Source: a virus. From it: a DNA stretch of 64,000 nt. This document shows positions 18,118 through 26,869 of the stretch, piece after piece; within the stretch, counting starts at the first letter, position 1; every line of letters begins with the position of its first letter. The stretch covers positions 1 to 64,000 of IMG/VR virus record IMGVR_UViG_3300011115_000844; one strand, 5' to 3'. The translations under genes and the position numbers were made by a program. Under the pieces are notes generated by a model. The model saw nothing but the letters and a program-made list of their open reading frames with translations. It did no database searches and was not told where the DNA came from.

Positions 18118-18600
18118 TTAAAGACCTATTGATGCAAGTGAATTTTGCATTGATAATGCACCAATCGTTTTTTGTATTGCTTTTTGTTTTATTACGTCAA
18201 TGTCTGCTTGACTACTTACTGATTTTTTACCTAAAACTTTAAATAATGCCGTTTCAGTTTCAGTACCAAAAAACTTATCAGCACCGAATTTAGGCAATGA
18301 TTTAGAATCAACTTTTAATAACAATTCTTGTAATTTTCCTACGCTATCATTTTTTTGACTTCTTCTAATTGGAAATACAAATTCTGTATAAGTTTCTTGT
18401 GTTGATGGCGTTGTAGTTGTACTTGTTGATGGCGTTGTAGTTGTACTTGTTGTACCTACATCTTTTTTCTTATCATCAACATTATTACTCCCTTGTGGCG
18501 TTCCTTTTGCTCTTAAACCTTTTATTACAAAGTAAATGGCAGTACCTACAAAAAGTAATGAAATTACCCCGATTGCTATTGTTCCTTTTTTGTTTGTCAT
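18118..18600 (-). CDS. Membrane-anchored peptidoglycan-binding protein
   Basis: N-terminal TM, Thr-rich linker, V.KLQ..L...D.FFG.ETE.AL (PG_binding_1-like). Confidence 0.7.
   Translation of the reverse strand: MTNKKGTIAIGVISLLFVGTAIYFVIKGLRAKGTPQGSNNVDDKKKDVGTTSTTTTPSTSTTTTPSTQETYTEFVFPIRRSQKNDSVGKLQELLLKVDSKSLPKFGADKFFGTETETALFKVLGKKSVSSQADIDVIKQKAIQKTIGALSMQNSLASIGL
18401..18448. repeat. 24-nt tandem repeat, two copies (TSTTTTPS linker)
   Basis: GTTGATGGCGTTGTAGTTGTACTT twice. Confidence 0.9.
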
Positions 18601-18630
18601 TTTTTAAATTTTACTTTAAGTTGTTATATT

Positions 18631-19356
18631 TTATTTTAATTCAAACCCATTAGGAGAAAAATAAAGTGACCTTTTCGGCTTCATATTTTCAAAATACAAT
18701 CTTATATTACCTTCGGGACTTACAAATGTTTTAGTATAACCTTTTGTACTTAGTTTTGTACCATTATGATAAATATATGTTTTTGGAGTTAATACTCTTC
18801 CATCAGTTGTATATTCTTCATAAATTACATTTGAATCTGCTAATCCATAAAAATCAAGGTTATTATTTAAACTTAAAGCATCAAGTAATTTATTTGATAA
18901 AATAATTGCATTATCGTATGTTGTTTTTAGAAATGCTTGGTTTTCAGCAGTTGTTTTCTTTTCGTTTGCTTTCTTAATTATTGCGTCAATATCATCTTGT
19001 GAATCAGCAGTTGTTTTACCTAAAATGCTTTGTAATGCGTCTGACGTAATTTTACCAAAGTCACCATCATCACGATATTTTCCTAATAATGTGTCATCAT
19101 ATAGCAATATTGCTCTTTGCAATTCTTTTACTTTACCACCTTTACTACCTTTTTTTAATGGGAATAGTTTTGCTACACTTGGGGTTACGCCACCACTACT
19201 ATTTGTTTCTACTTGACTATTTTGCTTTGGGTCATAATTGGGAGGTGCATCTTGACCTTTTCGCTTTGAATTTTTAACTGCTTTGTAAACAAAGTAAAGT
19301 CCTATTAAAGCAGGTACTCCAAAAATTACATACGGTAAAATCTTATTGTTTTTCAT
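18631..19356 (-). CDS. Membrane-anchored peptidoglycan-binding protein
   Basis: N-terminal TM; LKKGSKGGKVKELQ...DGDFGKIT..AL; start moved to MKNNK. Confidence 0.75.
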   Translation of the reverse strand: MKNNKILPYVIFGVPALIGLYFVYKAVKNSKRKGQDAPPNYDPKQNSQVETNSSGGVTPSVAKLFPLKKGSKGGKVKELQRAILLYDDTLLGKYRDDGDFGKITSDALQSILGKTTADSQDDIDAIIKKANEKKTTAENQAFLKTTYDNAIILSNKLLDALSLNNNLDFYGLADSNVIYEEYTTDGRVLTPKTYIYHNGTKLSTKGYTKTFVSPEGNIRLYFENMKPKRSLYFSPNGFELK

Positions 19357-19360
19357 TTTT

Positions 19361-19654
19361 TTATTTTTTAAATAAATACATAACGTATTGAATAATAAAA
19401 GACCAACCAATTCCTATAATGGTTAGTCCTCCTAATATTTTGCTTTTAACCAACTTATCATTATCAACGTATGCCTTAATATCATTTAACTCATTTACTA
19501 ACCCTTTCTGACCATAAACGGGATTTCCAATAACAGTTTGATTTAATTGCGTCAATGTTTTATCCATTTCACGCAACATACCATCCATGTCATTCTGCTT
19601 ATTAATCATCTGCGATAGCATTGACTTAATACTCTCTACGTTATTCTCTTCCAT
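19361..19654 (-). CDS. Coiled-coil protein with C-terminal TM (possibly holin-like)
   Basis: Heptad pattern followed by a hydrophobic tail. Confidence 0.5.
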   Translation of the reverse strand: MEENNVESIKSMLSQMINKQNDMDGMLREMDKTLTQLNQTVIGNPVYGQKGLVNELNDIKAYVDNDKLVKSKILGGLTIIGIGWSFIIQYVMYLFKK

Positions 19655-19887
19655 ACTCTTTCATGTATAAAATATAAAATTGGTTTCAATATTAAATCGG
19701 AAAATCCAAGTGTTGTAGCAATACTCATATTTCCCGTTGTAATATATCCTATTCCAAAAGTAACACAAGTTCCTAATATTCGATACGTTACGGTCTTTAA
19801 AATAGATGTTGTAATTGAATTATTTAATTTTTTATGCAACGAATTATCAATGGTATTGTCAACAATATTATAAAATTCCTTAGCCAT
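19636..19887 (-). CDS. DUF2061-like membrane protein
   Basis: SILKTVTYRILG...LYFIHERVW. Confidence 0.8.
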   Translation of the reverse strand: MAKEFYNIVDNTIDNSLHKKLNNSITTSILKTVTYRILGTCVTFGIGYITTGNMSIATTLGFSDLILKPILYFIHERVWKRIT

Positions 19888-19896
19888 AATTTAAGT

Positions 19897-20298
19897 TTAA
19901 AGTTTTTTTTCTAATCTCATTTCTTCTCTAATCTTAGTAGCACTTATTTCAGAAATTTCTGTTGGAGGTATGTGTTCAACTATATCGTACCCTACACCCC
20001 TGCCAAAATCAACCGAACATATATCGGGGCAAATAAAAACTTTAACCCTATTTTCTTTAATCAATTCAGCGTATTCATCCATTATGTTATTCATAACCTC
20101 TAACGGAGAAAATGGGTTTTTAAAATCGGGTTGTACTTCTCTAATGCCTATACAAACATTACCCCCTTCATCTAAAACATTTTGAAACATTTGTTTGTGT
20201 GCTAAATGTAGGGGTTGCCATCTGCCAATAAACAAACTAAACTGATTTTTATTTTTATCCATTGAACTTCTAACGTGAATCTTTTTACTCCAACTCAT
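19897..20298 (-). CDS. HIGH-superfamily (cytidylyltransferase-like) nucleotidyltransferase
   Basis: IGRWQPLHLAH, NPFS and ISATKIR motifs. Confidence 0.8.
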   Translation of the reverse strand: MSWSKKIHVRSSMDKNKNQFSLFIGRWQPLHLAHKQMFQNVLDEGGNVCIGIREVQPDFKNPFSPLEVMNNIMDEYAELIKENRVKVFICPDICSVDFGRGVGYDIVEHIPPTEISEISATKIREEMRLEKKL

Positions 20299-20743
20299 AA
20301 TCTTTTTTTTGGTTTATATATTTCTTAATTTCGTGTAAACATTCATCAATACTATTTTCAGATGTATCAATTTTCAAGCAATCTGTCTTCGGCACTTCAA
20401 AATCAATGGCAAAGTAGTTATTTCTACCCCTATCCACTTGACTATCGTAATGCAAGTATATCTCAATTAGGTTTGAGTTATTCCTCAAATATGACCTTAA
20501 CTCTTCATAAGGAGTTACAAAACTCATTAAAGGTACAAATCCACCACGTTCAAGGTAAATAGCCATATCAAATGCGTTCTTTAAATTACGCATTCTACCT
20601 TCTTTGCTATAATCTTTGTTTTTGGTTATATCACGCCAAACATCGCCATCTATTCTAACACAATTGTGGCTAAAAAATGGCACAAGTTTATCAGCTAATG
20701 TTGTCTTACCACTTGCAGGTTGACCGTACAAAAGTATTATCAT
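20285..20743 (-). CDS. cysC: Adenylyl-sulfate (APS) kinase
   Basis: GQPASGKTT P-loop; IDGD..R, YSKEGR.RN, SFVTPY and FEVP motifs. Confidence 0.85.
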   Translation of the reverse strand: MIILLYGQPASGKTTLADKLVPFFSHNCVRIDGDVWRDITKNKDYSKEGRMRNLKNAFDMAIYLERGGFVPLMSFVTPYEELRSYLRNNSNLIEIYLHYDSQVDRGRNNYFAIDFEVPKTDCLKIDTSENSIDECLHEIKKYINQKKDYELE

Positions 20744-20988
20744 GTTATAATTGCTTTTTTATTATCCTCAAATGAAATGTTTTTTGCATTGCATGAAATG
20801 TGATATTTCTCTACATCTCTACCATCGTATGTTTTTATGATATCTTTTGAAGTAAAGCATGAGCAATTTATATCTATTTCATCAACAAGAAATTCTAATC
20901 CATTTACTAATAACCTCCATTTAAAATCGCTTTTTATTGGATAATCAGTATTGAACCTAATTTTTACTTCAAGTAAATTATTTTCCAT
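20740..20988 (-). CDS. Hypothetical protein in the sulfation cassette
   Basis: ORF between the sulfotransferase and cysC. Confidence 0.65.
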   Translation of the reverse strand: MENNLLEVKIRFNTDYPIKSDFKWRLLVNGLEFLVDEIDINCSCFTSKDIIKTYDGRDVEKYHISCNAKNISFEDNKKAIIT

Positions 20989-20994
20989 AATTAC

Positions 20995-21825
20995 TTATTT
21001 TCTGTAATTAAACTTGTTGTAATACCACTTGTAGTTTTCGTATAACCAATTAGTAATATCGCTACCCATAACTGCATCAGCATCAGACGGTTTTAATTCT
21101 AATTTTGGTCTTATGGTATGTAAATCTTTTGTCAAACCATACACGCTATCATCTTCGGTAGTTATTTGTTGTATGTTGTCAAAATCATGCTCAAAATGTG
21201 GCACTTCCAAGTATTCGTATATCCTTATCATTGTGTTTTCGGGATATAAGCAAAGGTCTTCTGCTTTTACAAATAATATCTTATCATCGTAACCAAGACG
21301 TATCATTTCGAATATCCTTTCAACTGCTCTTCCTATTGTGTTGTTAGGGTTCATCCATTCATCAACTCTTTTATGAACAGTAGTACCCCTTGCTTCACTA
21401 TCATTTCGTATTGGGTCTGCAATTAATTGATTTTTTCTGTAAATCTTTTCATACGAAGCAATTACATCTTTAAGATTACGTACCATGCAAATAATCTTTG
21501 GGTTAGGGTAAAATTCATTCAAAAATGAACGATAAACACCCCAACCCCTACTTTTTATCATTAAGTAAGGTTTGTTTGTCAATGCACTTGCATAACCCAT
21601 GATACCATTATAACAAAATGATTTGAATGCTTTAGCCATTAATTCGCCATCTTGTGCTTTAAATTCGGGAGAATTTGTAAAGTTACCCCTTGCACCAAAA
21701 ACCAATTCTAATAACCCATCTGTCGGTGTAACATGAAAATCGGGATTTTGTCCTAATATATTTTGAAGTGCAGTTGATAGTGAACGTGGTAAACTGCTTT
21801 GAAAAAACAATTTTTGATTAGTCAT
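20995..21825 (-). CDS. PAPS-dependent sulfotransferase
   Basis: LPRSLST 5'-PSB-like motif; VRN..DVIASY 3'-PB motif; EDL...PE....IYEYL. Confidence 0.85.
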   Translation of the reverse strand: MTNQKLFFQSSLPRSLSTALQNILGQNPDFHVTPTDGLLELVFGARGNFTNSPEFKAQDGELMAKAFKSFCYNGIMGYASALTNKPYLMIKSRGWGVYRSFLNEFYPNPKIICMVRNLKDVIASYEKIYRKNQLIADPIRNDSEARGTTVHKRVDEWMNPNNTIGRAVERIFEMIRLGYDDKILFVKAEDLCLYPENTMIRIYEYLEVPHFEHDFDNIQQITTEDDSVYGLTKDLHTIRPKLELKPSDADAVMGSDITNWLYENYKWYYNKFNYRK

Positions 21826-22510
21826 TTTTATTTGTTTTTAATAGTTTAAATTTCATTTTTTTACATTTTATATCTTTTATTATTGATTGCCTTACATTTT
21901 GATATGTTGTTTTATATTTTTCTGCTACATCTGTATAAGAATCAAAAATCTCATTTGTATCAATACATATTACTTTAACTCCAATCGTTTTCTTTTTTGC
22001 ATCGGAAATTTTTTTTTTATGTTCAATACTTTTTGGTTTAATTAAATATTCTCTTAAAATTTCTTTATTTTTTTGTGTCATTTTATGTCCTTTAAGACCA
22101 TTTGATATTTTTTCACAAAAAGACAAAGGCATTTTTTTACCCTTGTTAACATTTGGTTTACCTTTAAATATTTTGCTTAGATGTATTTTCCTATCTTCAC
22201 TCAAAGGTTTACCTCTTGTTGGGTTTTCTATAATATCACTATAATTCAACATGATATTACCTAATGATTTTAAATAATCATACCAATATTGTTCTCTTTC
22301 TATGATTATTCTTATTTCACATTCTTCTAAAATTGAAAATTCTAAACTATCAATACCGTACTTATTGTGTATGTTTTGTAATATAGGAGTATGTCTATTA
22401 TTTCTTAATTTACTTTTATGTGAGTTCCATCTTTGACATATATTGTTACTACTACCAACGTATTTTTTATTATTTTCTTTACAAGTAATAAGATATATAC
22501 CACAAGCCAT
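21818..22510 (-). mobile_element. Free-standing GIY-YIG homing endonuclease with NUMOD repeats
   Basis: GIYLI...YVGSS...RW..H; REQYW; NUMOD3-like KKKIS repeats; C-terminal HTH. Confidence 0.9.
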
Positions 22511-22537
22511 TTTAATCGTTTTATTTTATAAAATAAA

Positions 22538-23413
22538 TTATTTTTCTAAAGATGCAATAATATCATCTACGTTAAATATGTCCTCTACTGAATTATAAGG
22601 AAATTCAATTGGGTCACCAATGATATTAAACTTTGATAAATAACTGTTTCTTAATTCGGGTTGCTTTGTAAATGGATTGGCAAGAATGTTATCGTGCATT
22701 TCGTACCCTAATACTTTTGGATTGTTGGTTATCCAACAAACAGTTGAAGGTAAATTTAATGAAGCACAAGTATGTTGTAAGAAACTATCTATTAATAATC
22801 TTTTCTCTGATAGCAAGGTTAATGCTACTATTTCTCTGAAATTTGCGTTAATAGGTGTAGTGCCTTCATAACCCATTTGGTCTTCCTTTCTGATGTGTAC
22901 AATGTTATATTTCTCATGGAAATGATTAATAACCTTTACAACTACATTAGAAGGTAAATCACGAGCAAAACCATATTTTAATTCGGGTGTTGCACCTCCG
23001 TTGGTTTGCATTAAAAATATCGGCTTATCTGATTTGTATTTGTTTTGGAAAAAGTCCAATTCTCTTTGTGTTAAAAACAATTCGGGCATTTCACCATTGT
23101 AATCAATGTCAAACATTTTGCACCAAATTTCAATTAAATGCTTTTTTTCTTGCACATAGTCCATTTCAAGATATGGATTGTGAAGCATTAATTTTACTTC
23201 CTTATTTTCAATATTATCGGTAAAAAAATAACTAATATTCCCATGCTGAAACGATTTGTTTACATAAGGATTGTTAAGGTAAACTTCGGGATAACCACTA
23301 ATAACAATTAGGTTATCTTTTGGATATTTTGTTTTGATTGCTTTACAAACGGCAGTAGATAAAATACATTTACCTATACCTCCATCAATTTGAAAAATAA
23401 TGTTTTTTGACAT
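22538..23413 (-). CDS. Glycosyltransferase, GT9/heptosyltransferase-like
   Basis: GGIGK.I, PEVY.NNPYV and IDSFLQH motifs. Confidence 0.7.
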   Translation of the reverse strand: MSKNIIFQIDGGIGKCILSTAVCKAIKTKYPKDNLIVISGYPEVYLNNPYVNKSFQHGNISYFFTDNIENKEVKLMLHNPYLEMDYVQEKKHLIEIWCKMFDIDYNGEMPELFLTQRELDFFQNKYKSDKPIFLMQTNGGATPELKYGFARDLPSNVVVKVINHFHEKYNIVHIRKEDQMGYEGTTPINANFREIVALTLLSEKRLLIDSFLQHTCASLNLPSTVCWITNNPKVLGYEMHDNILANPFTKQPELRNSYLSKFNIIGDPIEFPYNSVEDIFNVDDIIASLEK

Positions 23414-23450
23414 GGTTTTAAACGGTTTATTATTAATAATTATTTATTCG

Positions 23451-23458
23451 CAAATATA
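23451..23458 (-). promoter_or_regulatory. Bacteroidota -7 promoter element for the GT/sulfation cassette
   Basis: TATATTTG in the intergenic gap. Confidence 0.6.
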
Positions 23459-23478
23459 GTATAAAAATGTTTATTTAA

Positions 23479-25635
23479 TTACCAAGCAACTTCGACTAAT
23501 CTTATATTGGCAACTGCTCTAAAAGTAGAACCCGTACCTGCCGTTGTTGGTGCTTTTAATGTTAATAATAAATCATTAGAAGCACCTACTGAATACGTAA
23601 TATCCGAACTCCCCATTGAAGCATCATTATGACTTGATACATTTGTTGGTACTGATATATCACCAACACCACCCACTTTTTTAAAGAAAAATGCTTCGGA
23701 AGTTTGATGAACTGCACCAACTGAAAGCGCTCCACTCGTTCCACTACCTAAAATAGTACAAACAATAATCCAATCTACAAACACATTCCATGCTCTATTA
23801 TTTCCTAATGGTATTATAAGATTAGTAGTACCCGTACCATCTAAACTCATGGGTGCAGTCCCCGAAGCATTTAATAATGCCTCACGCCATGCAACCAAAT
23901 TAGAAGTTTGACCACTACCTAAAGTTGCAAAGCCACCCGTTGAATAAGCATCTTGACCTCGTAAATATGATAATCCTAAATAACCACCCGTTACCGATGA
24001 TAATACTGCACAAGCAGTATTATTACAACCACCTAAAACTGATGATGCTTCACCACTTGAAGTATTACATCTACCATTTACAACAGTTGAAAAATTTTGC
24101 GTAGCACAATTAAAGCATCCCCCCGATATAGAAGAAAACCCACCCGTAACACAATTGAAACAACCACTTATAATAGATGAAAAGCAACCCGTAGAATTGT
24201 TACAACAACCCGAACCCATAAATGAATATATATTATTTGAGCAATTTTTATTACCCGAAACAATAGCACTATAATTACTTGAAGTGCAATTAGAATAACC
24301 TGCACCAATAAAAGAACCTGCACCTTGAATTTTGTTATCTTTTCCTCCTACAATTGCACTTAAATTAGAACCACTATTACATATTTGATTGTTTGAGCCA
24401 CTACCAACAAAAGAGTAATTACTCCCAACACAATTATTAATTCCCCCTACAATAACCGAACCTGCACCAATGCAATTTATAGTATTATTACTACCCCCTC
24501 CAATAAAATTCAAATTATAAGTACCACTAATCGTATTGGTACTGCCACCTACAATGGTAGAATAACAATTACCAACACATATTTTATTTAAACACCCATT
24601 TAAAATAGATGTATGATTATCTAAAGCAGAATTAATACAACCATTACCAATAAAAGAATAACAACCACTTGTTGTACTTGCTCTACCATTTAAAATTGTA
24701 TTAAAACAACACCCATTTGTAGAATTGCTAACGCCACCTCCAATAACACTATAATCACTTGTTATTGTATTTATTTGTCCACTACCAATAAAACTATATT
24801 GATTGCGTATTGTATTATCAGCACCCGTACCTATAAAACCAAAAGAACAACAGATTGCATTTCTGTTCCCACTACCTATTACACTATTAATATGATTGGT
24901 AGTTAATAAATTACAAACACCACTTAAAATTACCCCATATTGAGAAATTCCTGTTGTATCATTAATGCAATTACAACACCCATTTAATATGCTTGAAAGA
25001 ACGGCTTGACTACCCATAATACAATTACATCTACCATTTGATATAATTGAATAATTGGAATTGCCTCCAATATTATTACAAAGACCATTTGATACTGAAG
25101 AATATCTTGCAGATATAGTATTAGAAAGACCATTACTAACAAAAGAGAAAGCACTCCCAATAGTATTTAAGCATCCATTATCAACAAATGAAAAACAACT
25201 ATTGCAATTTGCAACATTACAGTTTCCATTAATAATAGATGTATAAAAACCACATGAAGAATTACAACACCCATTCCCTATAAAAGAATAACAACATTTT
25301 GATGTATTATTTTTTCCATTTATAATTGTACTATAACAAGCAGATGAAGTATTATTGCACCCACCTAATGAAGAACTATATAAGGCACTTGCATTATTAC
25401 CTGCACCACATCTTACAGATGATGAAACGCCACCACCTAATACGATTACTGCTTCACCGTTGTATGGCTTTGTATTGGTAACGCAAACATTTCCCGAAGT
25501 TGTGTACCCCGAACCATCTATTTGAATACCATTACAAGCCGTTACTGAAACTATTGTTACAGTACCCGTACCACCACCCCCTCCCGAAGATTCGCCTCCA
25601 AAAAAACCCGTATTCATACCACCAAAATCTGCCAT
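23479..25635 (-). CDS. Cys/Asn/Gly-rich repeat fibre or spike protein
   Basis: MADFG N-terminus; ~15-aa S-I-x-x-G-x-x-N repeats; distinct C-terminal domain. Confidence 0.7.
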   Translation of the reverse strand: MADFGGMNTGFFGGESSGGGGGTGTVTIVSVTACNGIQIDGSGYTTSGNVCVTNTKPYNGEAVIVLGGGVSSSVRCGAGNNASALYSSSLGGCNNTSSACYSTIINGKNNTSKCCYSFIGNGCCNSSCGFYTSIINGNCNVANCNSCFSFVDNGCLNTIGSAFSFVSNGLSNTISARYSSVSNGLCNNIGGNSNYSIISNGRCNCIMGSQAVLSSILNGCCNCINDTTGISQYGVILSGVCNLLTTNHINSVIGSGNRNAICCSFGFIGTGADNTIRNQYSFIGSGQINTITSDYSVIGGGVSNSTNGCCFNTILNGRASTTSGCYSFIGNGCINSALDNHTSILNGCLNKICVGNCYSTIVGGSTNTISGTYNLNFIGGGSNNTINCIGAGSVIVGGINNCVGSNYSFVGSGSNNQICNSGSNLSAIVGGKDNKIQGAGSFIGAGYSNCTSSNYSAIVSGNKNCSNNIYSFMGSGCCNNSTGCFSSIISGCFNCVTGGFSSISGGCFNCATQNFSTVVNGRCNTSSGEASSVLGGCNNTACAVLSSVTGGYLGLSYLRGQDAYSTGGFATLGSGQTSNLVAWREALLNASGTAPMSLDGTGTTNLIIPLGNNRAWNVFVDWIIVCTILGSGTSGALSVGAVHQTSEAFFFKKVGGVGDISVPTNVSSHNDASMGSSDITYSVGASNDLLLTLKAPTTAGTGSTFRAVANIRLVEVAW

Positions 25636-25637
25636 AA

Positions 25638-25952
25638 TTAAATATTTTTATTAAGCAATTGATTTACCAAAACTAAATTTAATTGATTTGCTACATAAAT
25701 AAAAACAATTTCATCTGACGAACCCCATTGTTGTACTATTTCAGATGGAATTTGTATATTAGCAATGTACAAATCTACTGCCGTAGGTATTCCATCAGCG
25801 TTATCTTGCATACCTAATAAACTATATGTTACCGTACCACCTTGACCATCAAAGTGATAATCAAAAAAATTAATTAACCCTAAATATGTCGCTATTGCGT
25901 TTCCACTTGGTGACCATATTGTTGTTGGTTCTATTTGTCTTGTATTTGCCAT
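25638..25952 (-). CDS. Hypothetical fibre-associated protein
   Basis: Located between fibre genes. Confidence 0.6.
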   Translation of the reverse strand: MANTRQIEPTTIWSPSGNAIATYLGLINFFDYHFDGQGGTVTYSLLGMQDNADGIPTAVDLYIANIQIPSEIVQQWGSSDEIVFIYVANQLNLVLVNQLLNKNI

Positions 25953-25961
25953 TTTTTTATT

Positions 25962-26867
25962 TTAATAAAGTGATAACCAATGAGTACTAACAAGCGATGT
26001 AGTTGTACTTAATGTCAAAGGTGATGGTAATGTTGATTGTGATAGTAATACTGCCGATAATCTACCTCCCGTAAAGTCAAATGGTTGAACGGTTATTATA
26101 GATGAAGTAATTGTTACTATTGAAGGAGTTGCCGTTGCAGTACCCGAAACATTATATAATGCACCAATAAAGTAAGTACCTGCTACTTGATTTGTTAGTG
26201 GACTACTAAATGCTTTATTACCCCAAGTATTTGATGCAAATGTTTGCCATATTGTACCATCGTTTGTAGAACTTGCAATTAATGTTATAGTACCACCCGA
26301 TACTGAATACAATCCAACCCCATTATAAGCATCTGCTACATAATTACCTATCACAGATTGATACCATTTTACACCCGTAATTGTTGAAGTTGTTGCTAAA
26401 TAAACGGGAGTTAAAATTAATCTTGTATCTACTAATGTAGTTGCAGTAGAAATAGCCAAAGAAAGATTTAATCCAATCGGAGATGCCTTAATTGTACTTC
26501 CAAGTCCTTGATAACCTAAAACAACTTCGGTATTACTTAGTTTACTATTTATTTGAGTTTGTATGGCACTTGTTACACCCTTTACATAGCTTAATTCAGT
26601 TAATGAAGGATATGTTGTAGTACCTAATGCTTGTATTTGTTTAGTGCTATCAGTAGCCATTATTTGACTTGCAGTAAGCGAACTTAATGTAGGAGAAGTA
26701 GAAAATGTTTTAGCACCACCTACCGTTTGAGTATTACTTAAATCCACAAAGTTTTGTGTAGATGAACCCGTACCACCATCTGATATTGGCAATGGTAGTG
26801 TTATTGGCGTTGAACCACCACCTTCACCCCCAAAAAATCCATTATTTCTGTTACCAAAATCTGCCAT
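25962..26867 (-). CDS. Fibre or receptor-binding protein
   Basis: MADFG N-terminus; LPISDGGTG, QTVGGAKTF and ELSYVKGVTSAIQTQIN fibre-shaft motifs. Confidence 0.7.
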   Translation of the reverse strand: MADFGNRNNGFFGGEGGGSTPITLPLPISDGGTGSSTQNFVDLSNTQTVGGAKTFSTSPTLSSLTASQIMATDSTKQIQALGTTTYPSLTELSYVKGVTSAIQTQINSKLSNTEVVLGYQGLGSTIKASPIGLNLSLAISTATTLVDTRLILTPVYLATTSTITGVKWYQSVIGNYVADAYNGVGLYSVSGGTITLIASSTNDGTIWQTFASNTWGNKAFSSPLTNQVAGTYFIGALYNVSGTATATPSIVTITSSIITVQPFDFTGGRLSAVLLSQSTLPSPLTLSTTTSLVSTHWLSLY

Positions 26868-26869
26868 TA

